This document shows positions 56,946 through 64,000 of a stretch of DNA of 64,000 nt, piece after piece; the first letter of the stretch is position 1; the number at the start of each line of letters is the position of its first letter. The stretch comes from a virus, in the IMG/VR virus record IMGVR_UViG_3300003873_000003, positions 1 to 64,000 of that record; one strand, given 5' to 3'. A model generated the notes under the pieces. The model was not told the origin of the DNA and did not search any database. It worked only from the letters and a program-made list of their open reading frames with translations. The position numbers were made by a program, and so were the translations under genes.

Positions 56946-59030
56946 TCACACTTTGTTTAAGTGTGCCTCCCCTCCACTACGAGTAACACGGTACACGTCA
57001 CCTAAGCCCATATCAAAAGGCGATACGACCACTACATTCACCAACTTAGACAAGCTAGGTAAGAACTCGGAGATGAACAGCGACTTGCTGCTATCATCCA
57101 TACCGCTCTCAATCTCATCGAAGATGACGGTATCGACTCTGCTTGTCTGGGGCATGATGCTTATAAGGGAGATGTAAAGCAAGCAAATAAACTGCCTGCG
57201 CTCTGCGCCACTAAGCATACGGACATCTGACACTAGACCCGAAGGTCGTGTAACAACAATCTGCAAAGAGGAAGGGTTGACGATAATCTCAAACTTAAAG
57301 GATTCTGCGAATAGCAGGCTTCTGTAGGTATTAAGCTTCTTAGTACAGACAGCAGCCAAAGCCCGAAGCGTATGTATCTTGATACCTGTGTTTGAGTAAG
57401 CATCTGCTAAGGCAGAGTAACACACTAAGTCATCAAGCTCCTCTTCAAGTTCATCAAGCTCTAACTTCAATTCCGCCTGCTCTTCCAAGTCTTTCTCATA
57501 GAGAGCCCGACTGACCTCATACCCGTGCAGCTCGTTTGACAACGATTTTATACGTTTGCCTAGCTTACCAAGCCTCACCGTATCAGGGTTAGTCTCAGGC
57601 AGGGCAACCCCATAAGCGTCTCGGTAGTCCTCGATGTTAAAATCGAGTGGTGTTGGCTTGGTTGGTTTCGGTACGGGCTTGACTATAGCTCTACGCAACC
57701 AAGAGCGGTGTTCGTCTATCTCATCCTCGATGTCGTTTAATCGTGATAACATAGGCTTAATATCAACCTTCCCTAGAGTCTTCTCCAGCCTAGCCCTCTC
57801 CTGCACGGATTTCAAGGAATCGTTGAACTCGGTGCGCTTCAACAGCTCGGCTTTATACTTGGCGACCCTAGACTTGGACTTATCGTACAAGGCTTGGATG
57901 GAATCAGCATCTAGCTCCGAAGAGCAGGTAGGGCATACGCAAACACCGACAATACCCTCCAGAGAAGCTACAAGCTCAAGTGCTTGGGATAGCCTACCTT
58001 CAATCTCTGATACAGGTTTCGGTGACGCATCTGCACTTACCTTAACAGTTACCGTAGGGAGGCGAGCTATCTCTGCCTTCACAGACTTGTTACTGGCACT
58101 AATACGGCGTGCAGCACGAACCTCAACCTTCAAGTCAGCAAGCTCCGAGGTCAAGGCATCCAAAAGGTCTTGGCGTTCTTCTCGTGACATGGGGTCAGGC
58201 TTGTATGCCTTAAACTTCCTGTATGCCGCTGCATCTGCCTTATATGACTTTACAGCGGTGGCGTATGCAGAATAAGCGTCTAAAGCGGCTGTGTAGTCTG
58301 CCTTACTCAATGGTACTAGGGCTTTAGCCGAGGACGTTAACCTATCGTAGTTCTGTTGCTGAAAGGTTGTTTCAGCGCACAGCTTCTGCAAACGTTCGTA
58401 CTGCTTCCGATACTTACGGAGCTTCTCCACATCCGCTGACCTATCAGGGACTACCTCCACTTCCTTAATGCGGTCGTTAAGAGTCTCGAACCTGACTTTC
58501 TTTTTCTTCAACTCACGCACTTTAGCCAACATGGGTTTCTGCAAGTCAGCGTACTGCTCTAGGGGAAAAATCTCCTCGAACGCTACCAGTCGGTTAGCAT
58601 CAGTTCCGTTTAGAAACGGCGAGAAAAGCAAACTATTGATATAGAAGGTTGAGTAGAACATAGCAGGGGTTAATGGAAATATCTCTCTCACCATCTCCTT
58701 AGCATGTGACTTAGTGCGAACAGCTAAGTCCTTACCATCACGGTAAATCTTATAGCCCCCATCATAGATTATCTTATAACGGTGTTCATTCGTGAACTCG
58801 ACAGTAATAGTCCCTGTCTTCAACTTCGCTCTCGACACAGCAAGAGGGTGGTCTTGAAGCACGGTACAGAGTGCATAGAACATAGCAGACTTGCCTGCCC
58901 CATTACTGCTGTGTGGTTTCCTGTCTTTATTGAGACCTATCACGGAAGTTAAAGGGGCGTTACCGAACTGAAAGGTGGTATCGACATGGTGCGCACAACC
59001 CTCTAGTCGAATACTGTGCATCTCAATCAT
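56946..59030 (-). CDS. sbcC: SbcC/Rad50/gp46-like recombination ATPase
   Basis: SNGAGKS, long coiled coils with CPTC zinc hook, LSGAERR, IFDEIESGMD. Confidence 0.88.
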   Translation of the reverse strand: MIEMHSIRLEGCAHHVDTTFQFGNAPLTSVIGLNKDRKPHSSNGAGKSAMFYALCTVLQDHPLAVSRAKLKTGTITVEFTNEHRYKIIYDGGYKIYRDGKDLAVRTKSHAKEMVREIFPLTPAMFYSTFYINSLLFSPFLNGTDANRLVAFEEIFPLEQYADLQKPMLAKVRELKKKKVRFETLNDRIKEVEVVPDRSADVEKLRKYRKQYERLQKLCAETTFQQQNYDRLTSSAKALVPLSKADYTAALDAYSAYATAVKSYKADAAAYRKFKAYKPDPMSREERQDLLDALTSELADLKVEVRAARRISASNKSVKAEIARLPTVTVKVSADASPKPVSEIEGRLSQALELVASLEGIVGVCVCPTCSSELDADSIQALYDKSKSRVAKYKAELLKRTEFNDSLKSVQERARLEKTLGKVDIKPMLSRLNDIEDEIDEHRSWLRRAIVKPVPKPTKPTPLDFNIEDYRDAYGVALPETNPDTVRLGKLGKRIKSLSNELHGYEVSRALYEKDLEEQAELKLELDELEEELDDLVCYSALADAYSNTGIKIHTLRALAAVCTKKLNTYRSLLFAESFKFEIIVNPSSLQIVVTRPSGLVSDVRMLSGAERRQFICLLYISLISIMPQTSRVDTVIFDEIESGMDDSSKSLFISEFLPSLSKLVNVVVVSPFDMGLGDVYRVTRSGGEAHLNKV

Positions 59031-60273
59031 GGGTACTGACTCCTTTGAACGAAGAACCAAAGTTAAATGAGGTATCTAGACGAAGCGCAAAGACGCACTC
59101 GGGGCATACATGGATGTGGTTATTCTGCTTACCGTCAAGAATACCACTAGCATGGTAAGCTGTAGTATAGTCACCCTCGGGGAACTCGAACCCACAGATG
59201 TCACAAGATAGGCGTACAGAGGCATCAGCTTGAGAGTCATCCAAAGGCGTAGCGACAAGAGTACGCCTAGGAGAGTCGGGGGCAATAAAAGAAATCTTAC
59301 CTTCACTATCAGCAGTAATATCAAGAACATCAACATCAAACACCCTACAGGCAGTCTCACATACCGCACAATAAAGGATAGACTCAACTAAGTGGGAAAT
59401 ATAGCTGTCATCTGTTTCGTTCGACCCCCGTTCGCCACTCAAGGTTTCCATCAGTTCGGAGGAATACTCGGAGTACGGAAAGTCATCACGAGAGAATACA
59501 GTGCTATGATGAACTGATACACCGTCCACACCAATAGAGTAGCGTAGGGCACCTAAAAGCGGTGGAGGCGTACCAGCCTTCGGATGTAGAGACCCAACCA
59601 CAAGGATATAATAAAACTGCTCGTGTTCAAAAGGTAAGTGCAACCCTCTTGAATAGTGGGTAATTAGGGCGTTGTCCGCAGGGCTAAGGCAGGTGGCAGG
59701 GTCTGTAGTGTACACAGGTTTCAGTATCGAAGTACCGTTGTGGTAGATATTCATCATAGTGGGGTCTCCTTGTTTTTGAGCATATTGTAGAGTGTAGCGT
59801 AGAGCATAGCTATCAGGTTTGCGGTGGGTGGTTATAACAGTACATCCATTAGCACGAGCGGCGGCATCAAGTTCGTTAGACAGACACTTGCGCACGATGT
59901 ATGAAACGTAAGATGCCGAGACAGAAGAAAACGAACTATCGGAGCCTACACTAAAGTACGTATCAGGTTCGACACATAAGGACTCTTGAAGATTCACGGC
60001 ATAAGAATCATAAGGAAACGGACTGCAATCAAATACACGTTCAGATAAGACATCCAAACATACATCAGATACACAGTACCGTACGATGCCCAAGACACGC
60101 ATATAACCTGCTGAACCTTGAGCTAGTACACTGATATATTTAGTACGCCCACGAACACCAAACCTTATGAAGGTGTCTAGCTCGGATAAGTCGTAAGAAC
60201 CTCTAAGCTCCACTATGTTTTCATCAGTGCAGACAATGAGTAAACTACCAATCGCTTTCAAAATATCCATCAC
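59023..60273 (-). CDS. Hypothetical protein with internal duplication and C-terminal zinc ribbon
   Basis: Two LGxxRY..VF..FPY..Y..L.E.L..SY.S..V units; CDIC...CPEC. Confidence 0.65.
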   Translation of the reverse strand: MMDILKAIGSLLIVCTDENIVELRGSYDLSELDTFIRFGVRGRTKYISVLAQGSAGYMRVLGIVRYCVSDVCLDVLSERVFDCSPFPYDSYAVNLQESLCVEPDTYFSVGSDSSFSSVSASYVSYIVRKCLSNELDAAARANGCTVITTHRKPDSYALRYTLQYAQKQGDPTMMNIYHNGTSILKPVYTTDPATCLSPADNALITHYSRGLHLPFEHEQFYYILVVGSLHPKAGTPPPLLGALRYSIGVDGVSVHHSTVFSRDDFPYSEYSSELMETLSGERGSNETDDSYISHLVESILYCAVCETACRVFDVDVLDITADSEGKISFIAPDSPRRTLVATPLDDSQADASVRLSCDICGFEFPEGDYTTAYHASGILDGKQNNHIHVCPECVFALRLDTSFNFGSSFKGVSTHD

Positions 60274-60280
60274 GCCTCCA

Positions 60281-60319
60281 AAGAAAAAACGCCACCCCGT
60301 GTGTGCGGTAGTGGCGTTT
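60281..60319 (-). terminator. Terminator-like hairpin
   Basis: aaacgccac...gtggcgttt with A6 run. Confidence 0.55.
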
Positions 60320-60359
60320 CGGTTATGCAGTATTTACAGTTTTGAGATTAAGCAGCTAC

Positions 60360-60518
60360 CTAAAAACTAGGATGCCATTCAGGTAGAACACCATCATGTA
60401 AGTACCCCTTAACAGCTTCAATAGAGGCGCACACAAGCACACCACCAGTAACGTTAAGCCCTGCGAGGGACGCTTTTAGCGATGCCTTAGCGTCAAGATT
60501 CATCATGTCATCATACAT
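60360..60518 (-). CDS. 52-aa microprotein ending in the LPxWHPxF motif (not in ORF track)
   Basis: AGGAG RBS; MYDDMMNLDAKASLKASLAGLNVTGGVLVCASIEAVKGYLHDGVLPEWHPSF*. Confidence 0.7.
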   Translation of the reverse strand: MYDDMMNLDAKASLKASLAGLNVTGGVLVCASIEAVKGYLHDGVLPEWHPSF

Positions 60519-60530
60519 AGAATAAACTCC

Positions 60531-60725
60531 TTATGGTTTTGGTTCTTCATAACCATGTAAGACCTGCGAAAGAAACGAGCGGATGCAACGCACAGATAAA
60601 GCAACCGCAACCGTCAGGTAAAATACCACCACAACACCACAGAAGATGGCAATTATACCCCCAGCACCTACGAGACCGACACATAGCTGAAAAAAGCGTT
60701 CGAGGAAATCAGATATTGCCGTCAT
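60531..60725 (-). CDS. Small membrane protein
   Basis: AAGGAGG RBS before MTAISD; long hydrophobic stretch. Confidence 0.6.
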   Translation of the reverse strand: MTAISDFLERFFQLCVGLVGAGGIIAIFCGVVVVFYLTVAVALSVRCIRSFLSQVLHGYEEPKP

Positions 60726-60960
60726 AGGTAGCCTCCTTAGGGGATTCTTCGCACAAGTAATCACGGAGTTTAGGGTAGCCGAACGCCTTGAGTACCCCAC
60801 CAGCTAGTACCAAAGCAATCACTACCACAAGTATAGGTAGGAGTAGGACAACTATAACAACACCTACCGTAATGAAGTAGGCTAGGAGATTAAGACCATC
60901 TACAACGATGGTACGTAAAAACGTCCAACTGTTAGCAAGAAATTTTGTTACTTGTTCCAT
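60709..60960 (-). CDS. Small membrane protein
   Basis: GGAGG RBS; long hydrophobic stretch. Confidence 0.6.
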   Translation of the reverse strand: MEQVTKFLANSWTFLRTIVVDGLNLLAYFITVGVVIVVLLLPILVVVIALVLAGGVLKAFGYPKLRDYLCEESPKEATYDGNI

Positions 60961-61012
60961 CAGTATAGCCTCCGAGCTAGTTTAAGTTTTAAGTTCACAT
61001 AGCATGTGTACA

Positions 61013-61387
61013 TCACCACCTACCCCAGTATCTAAACAAGTCCTTGATTCTAACACCTACCCGAACCGAGAAAGAAGTGAACCGTGACTCAATATAGTCT
61101 AAAGCAGCAACAAGCAACTTAGTGGACTCTCTACCTACAGCTTCCACCAAGTACGCAAGAAGCCACACGAAAGAAAGAGCTAGAGTGATGAGTAGCATAG
61201 GGACCAACAACGTAAGCCACAGCAAACAGTATCCCACAACAACACACAAAGGGAGAAGGAACACTGCAACCTTCGAGCATATTGACTGCGCATGATGCAG
61301 CAAGTCCCACTTTACGAGAAGGTGCGCCACATAGCTTTGCGCACTTAACCACATAATGTTTAGGTTACGGATAACAGAGTTAATCAT
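61013..61387 (-). CDS. Membrane protein
   Basis: ATGA-coupled to dnaX; long hydrophobic stretch. Confidence 0.6.
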   Translation of the reverse strand: MINSVIRNLNIMWLSAQSYVAHLLVKWDLLHHAQSICSKVAVFLLPLCVVVGYCLLWLTLLVPMLLITLALSFVWLLAYLVEAVGRESTKLLVAALDYIESRFTSFSVRVGVRIKDLFRYWGRW

Positions 61388-62457
61388 AGCGCCAGCAACC
61401 GAGCAATCAATAGTTGCTTATCATCAATGGTGAAGGTCGTGAACTCTTTTTTCAAGTCAACCAACCCATTCATAATCGCAGTCATGTCTTCCAAATCAGG
61501 AGCTTCTTTTAGCTTGCGGAACTTGGCTAAGAACGTGCGTCTATCATACGAAACATAGTCCAGCTTCACCTTAGACATGTAGTACAAGGCACAAGTATGA
61601 AACTCAAGCATCTTACCTAGAGCCCCAATACTGCAATAGCGAACAATGCTTGTTGGGTTGTTCGTATAAACACCCATCAGAACTTCAATGGCAGCAACCC
61701 CACTTGTCACGTCAAACTGCTCACCGAATGTTTTAAGGACATCAACGTTCTCGCCTGACGCAATGATGTTAGCCACACCTTCGAGAAGCTGCAAAGAGTC
61801 CCTAGGTTGACCGCCTGTAGCATCAAGGATTTGACTCAAGATTTTATCCCGTTCTTCTTGGCTCTTGAATCGGATACGCTCTGCCTTAGCAGTAGCCTTC
61901 AAGAAAGGCATCATATCCTTAGGGGTCAACCTACGTAGGTTCAGCTTAACACATCGACCGATGATGGTGTTCATCATCTTATCAGGGTCAGTTGTAGCCA
62001 AGAGGAACACTGTATGTTCAGGGGGTTCTTCCAGTAACTTCAACAAACACGATGCACCTGCTTTTGTCATTTGGTGACATTCATCGAGCAAAAAGACCCG
62101 CATGTTGTAATGAGGCATAAATTGAGATTGTTGCTTCAATGCACGGATGTCGTCAATACCACGGCTATCACCCATGTTCATCTCGATGAAATCGGGGTGC
62201 ATGGTGGATTTGCAAGAGGAACACTCGCCGCAGGGGTCGGCTCCTTTTAGGTTTTGGCAGTTCACAATCGAAGCTAAGATTCGAGATATGGTTGTCTTTC
62301 CACTTCCAGTGTCTCCAGATATTAAGATAGCGTTAGGTACGTTACGGCGCTTAACCATACCTTTTATCATATCACACACAGGCTTTTGACCAACAACCTC
62401 GCCGAGCGTTCGAGGGCGCAGTTTCACCGCCAAACTTTCTGATACCATTGAACTCAT
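61384..62457 (-). CDS. dnaX: Clamp loader ATPase (Pol III gamma/tau-like)
   Basis: KLRPRTLGEVVGQ, GSGKTT, C..PCGECSSC, RGIDDIR, LDECHQM, LLKLLEEPP, LATTDP, TIIGRC, RDSL. Confidence 0.93.
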   Translation of the reverse strand: MSSMVSESLAVKLRPRTLGEVVGQKPVCDMIKGMVKRRNVPNAILISGDTGSGKTTISRILASIVNCQNLKGADPCGECSSCKSTMHPDFIEMNMGDSRGIDDIRALKQQSQFMPHYNMRVFLLDECHQMTKAGASCLLKLLEEPPEHTVFLLATTDPDKMMNTIIGRCVKLNLRRLTPKDMMPFLKATAKAERIRFKSQEERDKILSQILDATGGQPRDSLQLLEGVANIIASGENVDVLKTFGEQFDVTSGVAAIEVLMGVYTNNPTSIVRYCSIGALGKMLEFHTCALYYMSKVKLDYVSYDRRTFLAKFRKLKEAPDLEDMTAIMNGLVDLKKEFTTFTIDDKQLLIARLLAL

Positions 62458-62518
62458 AATGAAACTCCTATTAAACTATAATAAAACTCTTTCACGTCAT
62501 TTACAGAAACCTACAACG

Positions 62519-62556
62519 AAAAAGGCAACGTAACTGATATAGTGTTACGTTGCCTT
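62519..62556 (-). terminator. Rho-independent terminator
   Basis: aaggcaacgtaac ... gttacgttgcctt with A-run. Confidence 0.75.
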
Positions 62557-62565
62557 AACATAAAG

Positions 62566-63222
62566 CTAGTCCCCTACAGTATCGTCACTAGGTACGAGAC
62601 TTTCAGTTTCATCGGTTGATTCATCGGGATTGCGGACATAGCCGTCACCCTCGGTAGTTGAGCTGTCAACATCCATAGACAAAGGAGCCGCAGAATAACA
62701 GGTGGACGGCACATACCAACCTTCGAGCAGCAAGTCTTCGAGCGATGGGTTCCAACCTCCGCAGAAAAGTCGGTCAGGTTCAACGGTCAAGGCTTCACCT
62801 ACATCGTCATAGGTGTTCTTATCGAACAAGTACACACCCAACATCATAGAGGAGGGGTCATAGTCTTTCAAGGCGAAAGGTTTTAGTGGGTCAGGTGCTA
62901 CAGAATCCACCAAAGCAACCACCATAACAGTCTCCTTCTGCGCAGGCGTAAGAACAACAGGGATAGAGGCAGGTAATGCCCCATCGAAGTTCTTATGTGC
63001 AACTAGCTTACCACGATGCAGAACATCAAGCAAGCAAGTGCGCTCTACAGGTTCAGAGACAGTAGCAGCTACTGCGGAGTGTAAGCTATCAATAGCCTCA
63101 CCTACGGTATCACCCGATGCTATATCTTGTGTTACATCAGCCCCCGTTGCAGTGACTTTAGTGGTTGTAGTACCATTTGAGGTTTTACCTCGCTTGTTCT
63201 TGTTCTTTCTCATTTTCATCAT
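62566..63222 (-). CDS. Hypothetical protein
   Basis: AAGGAG RBS; basic N-terminus, acidic C-terminus. Confidence 0.65.
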   Translation of the reverse strand: MMKMRKNKNKRGKTSNGTTTTKVTATGADVTQDIASGDTVGEAIDSLHSAVAATVSEPVERTCLLDVLHRGKLVAHKNFDGALPASIPVVLTPAQKETVMVVALVDSVAPDPLKPFALKDYDPSSMMLGVYLFDKNTYDDVGEALTVEPDRLFCGGWNPSLEDLLLEGWYVPSTCYSAAPLSMDVDSSTTEGDGYVRNPDESTDETESLVPSDDTVGD

Positions 63223-63299
63223 TCTCCTTTTAGTTTAACTTAGTAGGGGTTCAACTAGACATGCGTAACTGCACTCTAGGACTTACACTGTTTAAGTGA

Positions 63300-63677
63300 C
63301 TAACTTGTAGTATCACCTTCGCCGTTAGCAGTCTCCCGCATAGCTTGTTTATATTGGCGCAAGCGAAGAATATCCTTATTCAGTTTGTACTCTTGCCGAC
63401 ATGCTTTACGGACTCGTTTCTGATAGGAAGCCTCCAGACCATCATTTAGGTTAGCGACTAAACCCTTGACGGTATCAGACTGACCAGCAACACTAAGTGA
63501 CTCATCAAGAAGAAGTTTAGCCTCGTGTATCGCCAACGAACACCTAAGAAGCTTTTTGCTGCGGCGAGCTACTTTACGTTCCAAACGGATTAGGGTTCGC
63601 AAGCCCGAGTTGGATTCAGTTAAGTACGCTGATTTTCCTCCCCCTGTATCCGACTGCTTGTCTTTCTCGTTACTCAT
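63300..63677 (-). CDS. Basic coiled-coil hypothetical protein
   Basis: AGGAGG RBS. Confidence 0.65.
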   Translation of the reverse strand: MSNEKDKQSDTGGGKSAYLTESNSGLRTLIRLERKVARRSKKLLRCSLAIHEAKLLLDESLSVAGQSDTVKGLVANLNDGLEASYQKRVRKACRQEYKLNKDILRLRQYKQAMRETANGEGDTTS

Positions 63678-63728
63678 TGTTTGTACCTCCTTTCGTACTT
63701 CGTGCGGTGGCTTTACACTTTCTAGCCA

Positions 63729-64000
63729 TCACTTCTTAGGTATAGATTTCATCTTGAAGCATTTACCCCCGTTAGCGAATGGGCAGGGGTACACAGACTT
63801 ACCGCTCGCATCCTTCTTCATGTAACCATTAAAGAACTCTGATTTGTATTCGGCTAGGCTCTTGCACGGTTTAGCTTTCAAAAGAAACTTCTCCGCAGAA
63901 GCATGTTTCGGGTCTTTAAGTAGGGCTGTGCCTGCACGCCTTTGTTTGTATTCCATATCCATCTTGCGTACCTCATCTGCCCTCACAGATTCATCCGTTG
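63729..64000 (-). CDS. C-terminal part of a gene entering from beyond the window (Cys motif C...CP....C)
   Basis: Open frame ending KPC...YPCPFANGGKCF; start not visible. Confidence 0.5.
   Translation of the reverse strand, partial: TDESVRADEVRKMDMEYKQRRAGTALLKDPKHASAEKFLLKAKPCKSLAEYKSEFFNGYMKKDASGKSVYPCPFANGGKCFKMKSIPKK

Noticed and set aside
590-63825. Plus-strand ORFs in the track (e.g. 42299-43000, 50976-51647, 57634-58275)
   Set aside because: All overlap well-supported minus-strand genes and lack recognisable motifs or RBS.

Overview
This window is a 64-kb segment of a large (jumbo-type) dsDNA tailed phage genome. Essentially every real gene lies on the minus strand; the plus-strand ORFs are antisense shadows. 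It holds replication and packaging genes: two-subunit type II topoisomerase, NAD+ ligase, terminase large subunit, DnaB, a UvsW-like helicase, beta clamp, DnaX, PolA with a degenerate UDG-like N-domain, a 1,600-aa SNF2 helicase, a Dda/RecD helicase, dUTPase and SbcC. An early-type accessory region carries four copies of a sigma70 promoter with a conserved leader and expanded paralog families. The most notable element is a tightly packed cluster at 33.6-41.1 kb: ArcS/DUF5591 protein, QueC, a second divergent QueC, a PurD-like ATP-grasp ligase, a SAM methyltransferase-like protein, lysine 2,3-aminomutase and a GNAT. FolE and QueE lie elsewhere in the window. My inference is a pathway that decorates a 7-deazaguanine with beta-lysine and possibly methyl/acyl groups, a DNA hypermodification I do not recognise as described; no DpdA or QueD is visible in the window. 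Other observations: a recurrent AA(C/G)TGTAAAT intergenic motif, three apparent frameshifted genes, an unlisted 52-aa microprotein carrying the C-terminal motif of the DUF1566-like family, and apparent GATC/GGCC/CCGG depletion. All calls come from motif recognition by eye; no searches were run.
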